Shown: positions 18,828 to 29,293, counted from the stretch's first letter. The stretch: 64,000 bases of DNA from an uncultured candidate division Zixibacteria bacterium (GCA_963664195.1 OY760907.1:2464001-2528000), one strand, 5' to 3'. Notes: generated from the sequence alone by a model not told the origin. A program made the numbers and translations.

Positions 18828-19778
18828 ATGGTAACAACGGACACAGTCGTTTGCCTTGTGTTCTTGACCGGTGCAGCTGTCTTCGTTATTGCTGCTGTGA
18901 GAAAGACGGTTGGCTTCCTGATGGAGACGCCCGGATACAGCAACCCTGAGGTCTTTGCTGAGCAACTGCGCCAGCTGGCGGGAGCTCTTTCGGCACGTCG
19001 TGGCGAAGACCGGGGTAACGCTGAGTCGGTTCGGAAACTGGTGAAGAGTATTAGACTTGAGGCAACATTGGTCTCCGGGTCGCGTCCGTTCTACTTCGGG
19101 CTGGCGGCGTGCATCGGCAGTTATGCTAGGTTGGCGGTCGACAATAGCCCGCTGATAAAGGATGAGACGCGCGAAGACTCCGGAGAGTTGATTCGCGGTA
19201 TTGCTGCACAGTTGACCAGCACAGCTGACTCACTCGAATCAGTGAGTAAAATACTCAGCATCAAGAGCAACCTGTACAAAGCCGTTCTGGATGATCTCTC
19301 GTCACCCGCACCCGACCCCGAGATTGACTCGACCTATCTCATCGACTCACTAAGAGAGCAAAGGGTGCCGGTAGGTTGGGGCTGGGGCGGGCAGGATCTG
19401 GCTCGTCTGGAGAGAATCAGGGATTGCCTGGAGGAGTTGTGCCGTCAACCCTCGACGCTCGGGCACAGAGGATCAAATACAGATATCTTGCTCGCGACGC
19501 TGACGCTGCGAAACATTTCTGCGTTCTTGTGGAAACGTGCCTCGAGGCGACGCTACCTACCCGATTTTCTGCGGTGGAACTATCGCAAACAGATGGGAAT
19601 GTTCAACAAGCTACTCGAACTGTGGGCCAAGGATCGATACTCTGAGGTGGCACGAAAGGGCTTTTCGTTCCCAGAGATCATTCTGTCCGAGCAGGAGAAA
19701 GAGCAAGTCTATCCAAAGTTGCCACCAGAGTATTCTTCCGGCGTAGTGTCTTTGCGTGGTGTACGATGGTCCGGATGA
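18828..19778 (+). CDS. Hypothetical protein with N-terminal TM anchor
   Basis: GGAGGGG RBS 9 nt upstream of ATG 18828; directly follows the previous stop; no family recognised. Confidence 0.7.
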   Translation: MVTTDTVVCLVFLTGAAVFVIAAVRKTVGFLMETPGYSNPEVFAEQLRQLAGALSARRGEDRGNAESVRKLVKSIRLEATLVSGSRPFYFGLAACIGSYARLAVDNSPLIKDETREDSGELIRGIAAQLTSTADSLESVSKILSIKSNLYKAVLDDLSSPAPDPEIDSTYLIDSLREQRVPVGWGWGGQDLARLERIRDCLEELCRQPSTLGHRGSNTDILLATLTLRNISAFLWKRASRRRYLPDFLRWNYRKQMGMFNKLLELWAKDRYSEVARKGFSFPEIILSEQEKEQVYPKLPPEYSSGVVSLRGVRWSG

Positions 19779-19848
19779 TCGAGACATGTAGTGGCCTCAG
19801 CACAGTTATGTGTTGATTAACCCGCTCCGGTCACCTATCCTTCGCTCC

Positions 19849-21021
19849 GTGGATATCGTTAAACAGAAAATCAAACAGGCCGGTGCCATTCTCGACGAAC
19901 TGGATATAGACATCTGGCTGCTCTTCGTGCGCGAGACTGGAATGCAGGCCGATCCCGCCATGCCGCTCGTCGTCGGCAATGACGATTGCACCTGGCAGTC
20001 GGTTTTCGCATACACACGCACTGGCAAGGCGACTGCCCTCGTCGGAAACTTCGACAGGGACATTTACACCCGGCACGGTCGATTCGACGAAGTTCTCACC
20101 TACACGCAAGGCGTGAAACAGGACATCAATCGCCTGCTTGACCGTCTCAAACCGTCGTCGATTGCACTCAACTATTCCACCAGCAATCCGGCAGCCGACG
20201 GCCTCACCTACGGCATGTATCAACTGCTGTGTGAGTATCTCGACGGGTCTCCGTATCGCGATTGTCTCGTGTCCGCCGAATCTCTGTTGGGGAAGCTGCG
20301 CAGCCGCAAGACACCGATGGAAACTCAGCGATTGGAGGCAGCCTCGGTGATGGCCACCGATGTCTGGCGCGGGGTGGTCAAGAAAATCGATATCGGCATG
20401 ACGGAGATTGAAGTCGGCGCTCTCATCGACAACACGATCCGAGAGATGGGAGGTACGGCCTCCTTCCCGACAATCGTCAACGCCGGCGACAAAACCAGCC
20501 CCGGTCACGGCCACCCGACCGAAGCCAGACTGGAGGCCGGGGACCTGCTCCACGTCGACTTCGGTGTTCGCCTCGACGACTACTGTTCCGATATCCAGCG
20601 CCTGGTCTATTTCACGCGCCCCGGTGAATCGGGACCGTCGCCCGAACTGGTCGAGACTTTTGAGACCGTCCGAGATATCATCACCGAAACCGGCGTGAAG
20701 TGCCGTCCGGGTGTACAAGGACATGAAGTCGATGCCCTTGCGCGCCGGATTCTGGCCGACAACGGCTACGAGGAATACCAGCACGCTCTCGGTCATCAAC
20801 TTGGCCGTGCGGTACACGACGGTGGGGCGCTGATCGGTCCGAAATGGGAACGGTACGGTCCGTCGCCGTCCATGGAAATTGAAGAGACAAACGTGTTCAC
20901 GCTCGAACTCGAGATCATGCTGCCGGGTATAGGCTGTTGCGGTCTCGAAGAAGACGTGAGTATCACAAAACAGGGGGCACGTTTTCTGTGCCCGCGCCAA
21001 CTGGAGTTGATTGTCAAATGA
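19849..21021 (+). CDS. Xaa-Pro aminopeptidase, M24 family
   Basis: Metal-ligand motifs HVDFG, CSDI, LGHQLG..VHD, TLE, LEED; GTG start. Confidence 0.9.
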   Translation: MDIVKQKIKQAGAILDELDIDIWLLFVRETGMQADPAMPLVVGNDDCTWQSVFAYTRTGKATALVGNFDRDIYTRHGRFDEVLTYTQGVKQDINRLLDRLKPSSIALNYSTSNPAADGLTYGMYQLLCEYLDGSPYRDCLVSAESLLGKLRSRKTPMETQRLEAASVMATDVWRGVVKKIDIGMTEIEVGALIDNTIREMGGTASFPTIVNAGDKTSPGHGHPTEARLEAGDLLHVDFGVRLDDYCSDIQRLVYFTRPGESGPSPELVETFETVRDIITETGVKCRPGVQGHEVDALARRILADNGYEEYQHALGHQLGRAVHDGGALIGPKWERYGPSPSMEIEETNVFTLELEIMLPGIGCCGLEEDVSITKQGARFLCPRQLELIVK

Positions 21022-21830
21022 GAAGACTCGTCCTCCTTGCTATGATAGGCCTGCTCGCCGCCGGATGCGGTCCCAAACCCGTCGTCGAAGACGAGACATC
21101 TAAAGCCGTCTCCGTTAGCGACGTCCGTGTCGAAGTCAACGACCATGAAATGACTGTGATCTGGAAGAAGATTGGTACAGGCAACATTTCCGGCTACAAC
21201 GTTTACATTGCACCGGCCTCGGACGGTAGTCCCGCTTTGGGCAAGTCACATAACGGCGATCCGTATCCCGGGGACACTGACCCGGAGGACGGCATCGAGC
21301 ATTATCCGGCCAAGTACCTTGATAATGGTGTGATGTATGCGGTGCAAGTGAGTGTAGTGTTCCCCGATGGCTCGACCTCTAAACCGTCGGCGCCGGTGAA
21401 AGCCGTCTGCGGAGCCAGGGGTAACATTGATCTGGACGTGCGGTACAATGGTGAACACGATGGCTACTCGTTTGAGAAGAACAGCTACGTTCGCGCCGAT
21501 GGAGTGAATAACGATCTGTATTTCCATTTCAAGGACGGACAGGCCTTCCTGGCATCACCGTCGCGCCTTGACGGGTTCCTGAATCAGAACAAGTTGCTGG
21601 TGCTTCCGTACAGGGGAGATTACGACGAGGTCGCTGCGAAGTTGATGGAGTCCAAAGTCACCGCAACCGAAGACATGGTGGAGGTCAAAAAGGGCGACTG
21701 GGTATTAATCCAGACCGCGACAGAAAAGAACGCTCTTGTCAACGTTATTGGTGTAGACGGAGCCGGCAAAGATACACGCGTTTCATTGTGGTTTGCGTAC
21801 AGCACGCTTATCGGTGAGGTGTTCTTCTAG
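21018..21830 (+). CDS. Lipoprotein with fibronectin type III-like domain
   Basis: MRRLV...LAAG-C lipobox; W...ISGYNVY...LDNGVMY FN3 pattern; ATGA overlap with the M24 stop. Confidence 0.75.
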   Translation: MRRLVLLAMIGLLAAGCGPKPVVEDETSKAVSVSDVRVEVNDHEMTVIWKKIGTGNISGYNVYIAPASDGSPALGKSHNGDPYPGDTDPEDGIEHYPAKYLDNGVMYAVQVSVVFPDGSTSKPSAPVKAVCGARGNIDLDVRYNGEHDGYSFEKNSYVRADGVNNDLYFHFKDGQAFLASPSRLDGFLNQNKLLVLPYRGDYDEVAAKLMESKVTATEDMVEVKKGDWVLIQTATEKNALVNVIGVDGAGKDTRVSLWFAYSTLIGEVFF

Positions 21831-21963
21831 CACTGTAATAGCTGAAGTAATCGAACGGGGACGGTCTGTGTATCGTTCCCGTTTTTCTGTTTTATCTTGC
21901 CCGACCACTCAAGTCCTCTTTATCGTCAGGTGGCAAGGCAAACCGAAGCAAACAGGGGATACG

Positions 21964-23523
21964 ATGACGATCAAATCGATAATGCCAGTGATTCTCACCC
22001 TGGCTCTGCTGCTTTCTGCAACCGATTCACTTGCGCTGGATACCGCGCGGTATGACGAGTTGACCTCCGTCACAGATTCTGCCCGGACAATGGAGGTCGA
22101 TGTTTTTGCGCCCGAACTGTGGAATAAGGCACAGCAGAAGTACCGTGAGGCAACGGAGGCAGTAGAGAAAAACAAGAAACAGCAGGACCTAGATCGAAAG
22201 GTCACTGAGTCTCGCGAGTTTCTGGAGAATGCCCTCAGGGCGACCGAGGTAGGGCGTTTGTCTTTGCAGGAGTACCTGTCGCCTCGTGATAAGGCCAAGG
22301 CTGCCAAGGCCGCTTTGTTGGTCCCGGAACTGTGGGCCGAGGCCGAGGCTCAGTTCGTAAAGGCAACGAAAAAGACCGAGGCTGGCGATGTCAAGAACGC
22401 CCTCAAAGAAGCGGAAAAGGCACGCCCCCTGTACGATAATGCAGAAATCGAAGCCATCCGCGTCGATGTTCTGGGTACGGCAGACAAGCTCATTGAGAGG
22501 GCACTGGCTGACGATGCCGAGAAGTTTGCCCCGTCAACCCTGGACAGAGCCCGCTCCGCTCGCCAGAAGGCGGATGCCATAATCACGACTGATCGGTACA
22601 ATCGGGACGATGCTACGATTGAAGCAAAACGAGCCGAATATGAGGCGCGACACGCTTCCAATATCGGACTCTCTGTCAGGTCACTCAATCGCAACGACCA
22701 AGCCTGGGAAAAGCTGATGCTCGTCTACGAGATTCAGATGGATCGCGTGGGGGATGCCATCGGTGCAGAGCAATTGCCGTTTGATGAAGGGCCGCTGGCA
22801 GCCGCGGATACACTGGTCAACTATATCACCTATCTGAAAGAGTCCAACGAGCGCTTGAGCGCCGGGGCCGACAGACTCTACGGCGAAGTCAGCTCCCAGC
22901 TCAAAGAAACGCTCGCAAGGTTGGGTGTAGAACCTCCGGTTGACGATCCGGTGATGCTCGCTCAGACGGTGGACATTCAGGTCAAAAATCTCCAGAGAGA
23001 CAAGACTGCGCTTGAGCAGCAACTTGAAAAACAGAACGTGCAGATGGCCGAACTTGCCGAAAAACACGAACGAGTCATGGGTGAACTCGACTCCAGATTA
23101 GAACGTGAGCAACGTTTCAAAGACGCCAAAGCTGCGCTGGATCCGACCGATGGCGAAGTGCTTTTCAACGCCTCCAACGACATCGTGCTGCGACTGACCG
23201 GTCTGTCGTTTAAGTCCGGCAAACACGAGATTCAGGATGATCAGATTCCGCTCCTTGAGAAGGTCAAAGGCATTATCGAGTTGTTTCCCGACGCCCAACT
23301 GGTGGTCGAGGGGCATACCGATGCCCAGGGTGATCCCAAAGGCAATATGACGCTGTCGGAAAAGCGGGCCTACTCGGTGATGCAGTACCTGCGACAGAGT
23401 TTGTTGATTCCGGCCGATCGTATTCAGTCGATGGGATTCGGTGCCGATAGACCGGTAGCCTCCAACAAGACGCCGGAGGGTCGCGCCAAGAATCGCAGGA
23501 TCGACGTCATCCTGATGCAGTAG
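21964..23523 (+). CDS. OmpA-family peptidoglycan-binding protein with long helical/coiled-coil N-terminus
   Basis: Signal peptide; C-terminal EGHTD..G...N..LSEKRA..V and GRAKNRRID. Confidence 0.88.
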   Translation: MTIKSIMPVILTLALLLSATDSLALDTARYDELTSVTDSARTMEVDVFAPELWNKAQQKYREATEAVEKNKKQQDLDRKVTESREFLENALRATEVGRLSLQEYLSPRDKAKAAKAALLVPELWAEAEAQFVKATKKTEAGDVKNALKEAEKARPLYDNAEIEAIRVDVLGTADKLIERALADDAEKFAPSTLDRARSARQKADAIITTDRYNRDDATIEAKRAEYEARHASNIGLSVRSLNRNDQAWEKLMLVYEIQMDRVGDAIGAEQLPFDEGPLAAADTLVNYITYLKESNERLSAGADRLYGEVSSQLKETLARLGVEPPVDDPVMLAQTVDIQVKNLQRDKTALEQQLEKQNVQMAELAEKHERVMGELDSRLEREQRFKDAKAALDPTDGEVLFNASNDIVLRLTGLSFKSGKHEIQDDQIPLLEKVKGIIELFPDAQLVVEGHTDAQGDPKGNMTLSEKRAYSVMQYLRQSLLIPADRIQSMGFGADRPVASNKTPEGRAKNRRIDVILMQ

Positions 23524-23757
23524 CGTTGCAGTGCAACAACTTGTCTAACCGCCTGTCCCCGTTGCCCTCCGCTAATGCTGGCAATGTCGGTCTTATTTGT
23601 TCGGCGCAGATTCTGCTCTTGTCGATTTGAGGTTTGCTATTATATTGTAGGGTCTTTTCGAATCACGCAATACATGCCAGTGTTGTTTCACACCAGACGC
23701 ATTGGAAGATATCTTAACGGGTTAGGGTCTATTAATCCAGCTATGGGAAGGATTAGC

Positions 23758-26700
23758 ATGTCCAAAGCATTAACGATTGCATTATTGGGAGTAATGCTGC
23801 TTGCCTCTCTGGCCTTCGGCGAACGTGTCGTGGTCAGTTCGACGAATGACGACGTCGACGTAACGGTTGAGCAGTCGAACTCCTCTCGGACGGTCCTGCG
23901 GTTTGACGTGGGTGCGTTCGACCAAACTCCTATCGAGATCAACGGCGAGATGTACCAGCAGGTCAGTATCGACCACGAAGGCATCCTGCTTCAAAAAGGC
24001 GGGCCTCAACTGCCGCGTTTGAGCCGGAGTATTATCATCCCGGACGACGCGCAGATGCAGGTCAAAGTAATCGACGCGGAGTACGTCGACTACGCCAACG
24101 TGGCGGTAGCTCCATCGAAGGGCAGTTTCACGCGTGACATCGCCCCGGAAAGCATTCCTTACACGTTTGGCTCGGTCTATGAAAAAGACGAGTTCTATCC
24201 GTCCGCACTGGCGAGCATCCGCGATCCGTTCATTCTGCGTGACTATCGCGGTCTGGTGGTTGACGTCAACGCCTTCCAGTACAACCCGTCCACGAAGACA
24301 CTTCGGGTGTACAGTTCGGTTACGGTTGAAGTGTACTCTGACGGTCCGGCGAGGATCAACGCGTTCACCGGTGACATGTCCGCGAAGGCGTTGACCCCGG
24401 ATTTCGATCTGGTGTACGAGCGTCGTTTTGTGAACTACGCCAATCAGTCGAAGTACACGTCGCTCCCGGAAGCAGGCGATCTGCTGATTATCACGTACGA
24501 TGGTTTCCACGACGCGATGCTTCCGCTGGCGGAGTGGAAGATGCAGAAGGGTATCAAGACGACGATGGTTGACGTTTCGACCATTGGCAACACGACTACC
24601 GCCATTGGCGATTTCATCTCCGACTTTTACGATTCCACGAATCTGGCTTACGTGCTGTTGGTTGGAGACTATACGCAGGTAACCACTCCCCAGGCCTCCG
24701 GCGGCGCTTCGGATCCGAGCTACATGAAGCTTGCTGGTTCTGATGATTACCCGGACGCATTCATCGGTCGTTTTTCGGCTGAAACGGTGGCACACGTTGA
24801 GACTCAGGTTGAACGTACTATTGCATACGAAAGCAACCCGAATGTTGGCGCCTGGCTGCACAAGGGTGCGGGCGTGGCCTCCAGCGAAGGTTCTGGAGTC
24901 GGCCACAACGGTGAGGCCGATTACGAACACATGGATTTGATCCGTGACGATTGGCTGGGTTTCACTTACACGCAGGTAGACCAGCTATATGCGACCACCG
25001 GTGCTTCTGCGTCTGACGTATCAGCGGCGTTGAACGAAGGTCGCAGCACGATCAACTACTGCGGTCACGGTTCGACGACGAGCTGGGTAACGACGGGTTT
25101 CAGCAACACCGACGTGAACAATCTGACCAACACCGATATGCTACCGTTTATCTTCAGCGTCGCCTGTGTGAACGGCAACTTCGACGGTTCCACGTGTTTC
25201 GCCGAGGCTTGGCTTCGTGCCGAGTACAACGGTGAGCCGACGGGCGCGATTGGTACGTTTATGTCGTCGATCAACCAGGATTGGGTCCCGCCGATGGACG
25301 GCGAGGACGAAATGGTAGACCTTTTGGTAGCCCAGGCGAAGGTGACGATGGGTGGTGTGTGCTTCAACGGTTCGGCGAAGATGATCGAGCTTGATGCCGG
25401 CGGCAACGGTGTGAAGAACGCGGACACCTGGCACATCTTTGGTGACCCGACGGTGCTTCTTCGCACGGACATTCCAGCTGACCTGACGGTAAGTCACGCA
25501 TCCATCATGCTGTTCACAGACACGCATTTTGATGTGACGGTTTCCGGTGAAGAGGGTGCACTTTGTGCCATCTATTACGACGGTACGCTGTACGGTTCGG
25601 CTTACACGGATGCCGGCGGCCTGGCGAGTATCCCGTTCACGGACCAGCTTCCGGTGGGTGAGGCTGTGACGTTGACGGTGACGAGTTTCAACGGAATGCC
25701 GTACATCACGACCGTGCAGGTAATCGCTCCTTCCGGCCCGTATGTGATTTACAACGGCAGCACGATTGACGATGCCGCCGGTAACAACAATGGCATGGTG
25801 GATTTCGGAGAGAGCATCACGCTCGGCATGCAGTTGCAGAACGTTGGTCCGGACGACGCTCTTGACGTCAACGCGACCATCGCCACGGCTGACGGCTACG
25901 TGACGATCACCGATGACACCGAAGCCTACGGCACAATCGCCGGTGACTTTGGTCTCAGCAACATCGCCGACGCCTTTGCGTTCGACGTATTGCCGAGTAC
26001 ACCTGATGGCCACGTCGTCACGTTCACGTTGACCGTGACCGGAACCGCGCGTGATACGTGGGAAGGTACTTTCACCATCCCGGTCCACGCTCCTGAAATC
26101 GGTTATGTGTCTGTATCCATTGATGACGCTCTTGGTGGCGACGGCAACGGTATTCTTGATCCGGGTGAAACGGCTGACATTATTGTCACTGTTGAGAACT
26201 CCGGTTCGGGCGATGCCTTTGGTGTCGAGGCCTACCTGAGCGAGTCCGATTCGTACGTCACGATTGACGATGACTACGGTCTGTTCGGCGACATCGCCGC
26301 CAGCGCTTCGGCGACCAACGCCGGTGATCGTTTCGCCGTGACAGCGGACGGAGGCTGTGGTCTGGGCCACGAAGTCACCCTGGATTTGGCGCTCAGCACA
26401 GCGGCCGGGTACACGGTTGATCTGAACTGCCAGATTATCATTGGAGATCGCGTAGTGTTCTACTTTGATGATTTCGCTATGAACCAGGGTTGGACCGGCC
26501 TCGGCGGAACGGCTGAGTGGACTATCGGCCCGGCGGTTGGCGGTGGTACTTCAAATGGTGTCGATCCTGCCGAGGACCACACTGCGACCGGTGACAACAT
26601 GGTTATGGGCAACGATCTGACCTCGGCCGGCAACTACAACGACAACATCAGCGGAACACAGTGGATTGAATCCCCGGTTCTCGATTGCAGTGGCTTTACC

Positions 26701-27516
26701 GGCGTGGAGATGCGCTACTGGCATTTCCTGGGCTGTGAATCCTCGAGTTATGACCATGTTTATTTGCAGGTCTACAACGGCACAACCTGGGTGCAACTCT
26801 ACACCAACGGTGCCACGTTCCAGGAGACCGAATGGCTCGAAGACTTCTACGATCTATCAGCCTATGCTGACGGCAACGCCAACTTCCAGATCAGATTCGG
26901 TATGGGTTCCTCTGACGGTTCTGTTACCTACGGCGGCTGGAACATCGACGATATCGAGTTGAAGGGCTACGGCCATGTCGGCACGCCGAACTGCGAATTC
27001 GCGGATTCGGTGCTCACGGCTACTTTCCTGCCGGGTGACACGGGCCAGGAGAATCTCGTGGTATTCAACACGGGCGACGGTTCTCTGCGAATTGCTTTTT
27101 CGGCTTCAGAGACTTGGATGTCCTGCAATAGTGATCAGCACGTGATTGAATCGGGCGACAGCCTGGCACTTCCGATCACGTTCCACTGTGCCGGACTTGC
27201 CGTCGGCCAGTATGACGGTATGCTTTCCTTCACCTCGAACGATGCCACCCTGTCAGCCGGACAGCATCCGGTGGCCCTGCAGGTTGGTTGCTGCATCGGA
27301 TCGGTCGGCAATGTTGACAGCAGCCCGGATGATCTGGTGACGTTGAGTGATCTTACGGTTCTGATCGACAATCTGTTTATCAGCCTGACGCCTGTCGATT
27401 GTGTGGGAGAAGGCAATACGGACTTGAGCGGCGACGATTTGATAACCATGTCTGACCTGGCCGTCCTGATCGACCACTTGTTCATTTCGCTTGATCCGCT
27501 TCCGAACTGCAAGTAG
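23758..27516 (+). CDS. Gingipain-like C25 cysteine peptidase with propeptide, accessory beta domains and C-terminal dockerin-like tag
   Basis: Propeptide G.PQLP and P.ILRDYR; catalytic YCGHG and SVACVNG; FGDP; C-terminal CC..GNVD..DL..LID.LF repeat. Confidence 0.9.
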   Translation: MSKALTIALLGVMLLASLAFGERVVVSSTNDDVDVTVEQSNSSRTVLRFDVGAFDQTPIEINGEMYQQVSIDHEGILLQKGGPQLPRLSRSIIIPDDAQMQVKVIDAEYVDYANVAVAPSKGSFTRDIAPESIPYTFGSVYEKDEFYPSALASIRDPFILRDYRGLVVDVNAFQYNPSTKTLRVYSSVTVEVYSDGPARINAFTGDMSAKALTPDFDLVYERRFVNYANQSKYTSLPEAGDLLIITYDGFHDAMLPLAEWKMQKGIKTTMVDVSTIGNTTTAIGDFISDFYDSTNLAYVLLVGDYTQVTTPQASGGASDPSYMKLAGSDDYPDAFIGRFSAETVAHVETQVERTIAYESNPNVGAWLHKGAGVASSEGSGVGHNGEADYEHMDLIRDDWLGFTYTQVDQLYATTGASASDVSAALNEGRSTINYCGHGSTTSWVTTGFSNTDVNNLTNTDMLPFIFSVACVNGNFDGSTCFAEAWLRAEYNGEPTGAIGTFMSSINQDWVPPMDGEDEMVDLLVAQAKVTMGGVCFNGSAKMIELDAGGNGVKNADTWHIFGDPTVLLRTDIPADLTVSHASIMLFTDTHFDVTVSGEEGALCAIYYDGTLYGSAYTDAGGLASIPFTDQLPVGEAVTLTVTSFNGMPYITTVQVIAPSGPYVIYNGSTIDDAAGNNNGMVDFGESITLGMQLQNVGPDDALDVNATIATADGYVTITDDTEAYGTIAGDFGLSNIADAFAFDVLPSTPDGHVVTFTLTVTGTARDTWEGTFTIPVHAPEIGYVSVSIDDALGGDGNGILDPGETADIIVTVENSGSGDAFGVEAYLSESDSYVTIDDDYGLFGDIAASASATNAGDRFAVTADGGCGLGHEVTLDLALSTAAGYTVDLNCQIIIGDRVVFYFDDFAMNQGWTGLGGTAEWTIGPAVGGGTSNGVDPAEDHTATGDNMVMGNDLTSAGNYNDNISGTQWIESPVLDCSGFTGVEMRYWHFLGCESSSYDHVYLQVYNGTTWVQLYTNGATFQETEWLEDFYDLSAYADGNANFQIRFGMGSSDGSVTYGGWNIDDIELKGYGHVGTPNCEFADSVLTATFLPGDTGQENLVVFNTGDGSLRIAFSASETWMSCNSDQHVIESGDSLALPITFHCAGLAVGQYDGMLSFTSNDATLSAGQHPVALQVGCCIGSVGNVDSSPDDLVTLSDLTVLIDNLFISLTPVDCVGEGNTDLSGDDLITMSDLAVLIDHLFISLDPLPNCK

Positions 27517-27537
27517 TAAGCGAAATCACTCAATTGC

Positions 27538-27569
27538 AAACGGCCATCTTCCTGCGAAGATGGCCGTTT
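27538..27569. terminator. Terminator between convergent genes
   Basis: AAACGGCCATCTTC-CTGC-GAAGATGGCCGTTT perfect stem. Confidence 0.8.
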
Positions 27570-27598
27570 CCGTTTACCGCACGATTCATTGTGGAAGA

Positions 27599-28339
27599 TC
27601 AGCGGCGTCGGATGTCTCCGGATCCGTGCACGTTCTTGGAGACATCTTCCGGGTCGCCGTAGTAAGTAATGTCACCGCTGCCGTTGACGGTGCCGTCAAA
27701 ATACTCCGTGGCATGTACCTTCACATCGCCGGACCCCTGAATTGTCACCGTCGCCTCTTTCGAGGTCAGTCGACGCGCGTCGACATCACCTGAACCGCGT
27801 ACCTTGACGAAGACTTCGTCGGCATCTCCTCGAAGATCCACATCGCCCGAACCGGCCACGTAGACCTCGATAGAGGTCGCCCGTCCCTCTATATCAGCGT
27901 CGCCGGAACCGCTGATCCGGACCTCAAACTGCTCTTGATCGAGTTCGAGAACCGTAACGTCACCGGAACCGTCGATCTCAACTCTCTCCAGACCCGGGAG
28001 CGTGATTTCCACAAGCAGGCCCCGTCGGGAACGGTAAGGCTCTTCCACTCCAACTTTCAGCTCTCCACGGCTCGTGACTTCCGTGTAGACATTGTCCAGC
28101 AGGTTGTCGTCCCCCTCGACCACGACACTCTGGTCTTCACCCAGAGTGATATGCAGATCAATCGAGCCGTCCAGTTCGATCCTGCTAAACGGTTTCAGGT
28201 CCCGCGTCTCCGAAGCCAGATCACCCGACCCTCGTTCGTCTTTGCCGAATCCGAACCAATCACCCGCCATCACGGCGGGACAGAGGTACAGGGCGGCTGC
28301 CAGTACGAGTCCGATCACCGTCATCAGTCGCTTTGTCAT
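27599..28339 (-). CDS. DUF2807 / head-GIN domain protein
   Basis: Signal peptide; repeated GSGDV motifs; start MTKRL with GGAGGAG RBS. Confidence 0.88.
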   Translation of the reverse strand: MTKRLMTVIGLVLAAALYLCPAVMAGDWFGFGKDERGSGDLASETRDLKPFSRIELDGSIDLHITLGEDQSVVVEGDDNLLDNVYTEVTSRGELKVGVEEPYRSRRGLLVEITLPGLERVEIDGSGDVTVLELDQEQFEVRISGSGDADIEGRATSIEVYVAGSGDVDLRGDADEVFVKVRGSGDVDARRLTSKEATVTIQGSGDVKVHATEYFDGTVNGSGDITYYGDPEDVSKNVHGSGDIRRR

Positions 28340-28386
28340 TCTCTCTCCTCCAATCGATAGACTGTATGGTACAATCCTACGCAGGA

Positions 28387-28415
28387 TTAGACAGTCGGTT
28401 GCGTGATGATGTTGC
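28387..28415 (-). promoter_or_regulatory. Candidate ECF-sigma promoter
   Basis: GCAAC-N17-TGTCTAA upstream of the DUF2807 gene; weaker match than the other two sites. Confidence 0.35.
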
Positions 28416-28451
28416 AGTCGATACGTTTGTGCCGGGGCAGGATGGGGGAGA

Positions 28452-29033
28452 CTATTGCTTTTCGTCGCCGGTCGGGATGTTGAAACTCTGTTGACGGACA
28501 TTTGTAATCAGCGTTCGCTCGAGCTGATCGGGCATATTTGGTACGAGTTCATTGGCCAGGATCGCGACGGCGCAGCGGTCGAGGGCGGGGTGTATGTCAT
28601 CCCAGCGAACGGTCTGTATCCACAGCGTATGCTTGGGCTTAAGGCCGTCCTCTACATATCCCTTGTAACCTTGGTCTACCGTCTTCTGCATTGCCTTTTC
28701 GTTGCCCTTCCAGTTGACATGGGCACAGAGAATGTAAATGCCACGGTCCTTCGGATCCAGGGATTCGAGTGCTGAGATCAAATAACGGTTCTCCTTTGTG
28801 TACATGCGGAGAACTACTCGCATCCGCGTGCCGGACTCAAGTTCCTCCTCGCCCTCTTTCGGCGGGAAAACTCGAATGCATTCATCCCAATGACGGATAT
28901 CATCCGAGGCCGGCAGTTTGACCTCTTGCAACCACTCAAGAAGGACTTCCCGCATCCGCTCGACGTCCATCAGCGGGAGATCTTTCTGATACTGGTCCTT
29001 GATCGCCGTCTTAATTCTTTCTAGCTCTGACAT
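28452..29033 (-). CDS. Hypothetical cytoplasmic protein
   Basis: 193-aa ORF filling the gap with plausible composition; no family recognised. Confidence 0.7.
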   Translation of the reverse strand: MSELERIKTAIKDQYQKDLPLMDVERMREVLLEWLQEVKLPASDDIRHWDECIRVFPPKEGEEELESGTRMRVVLRMYTKENRYLISALESLDPKDRGIYILCAHVNWKGNEKAMQKTVDQGYKGYVEDGLKPKHTLWIQTVRWDDIHPALDRCAVAILANELVPNMPDQLERTLITNVRQQSFNIPTGDEKQ

Positions 29034-29086
29034 TTTATTCCCGTAGCAAGATACCGGTGCTCTTAAGGGAGGTTCCTCTATTCAGT

Positions 29087-29113
29087 ATATCGGCTTGTAC
29101 GTCAAGGAGTTGA
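29087..29113 (-). promoter_or_regulatory. Candidate sigma28-like promoter
   Basis: TCAA-N15-GCCGATAT about 55 nt upstream of the ORF starting at 29033. Confidence 0.5.
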
Positions 29114-29293
29114 GCCGCCTTGTTCGGGATGCACATGAAAAATCGAGCCTTGCTTGTCGGCAAGGCTCGATCGGAAGGAGGAAAACGTGTGGAGACAGGA
29201 CGGCAGGGATAGGAGGGGACTGCCGTCTGTCGCACCTATTCGGTGCAAGAATACTGCCTCCACATCAGTCTCACCATAGGTCCTCCAGCTTTC

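Noticed and set aside
19831..26370. Long antisense ORFs (19831-21000, 23782-24930, 25141-26370)
   Set aside because: They shadow well-supported genes, as expected from high-GC codon bias, and show no recognisable motifs.
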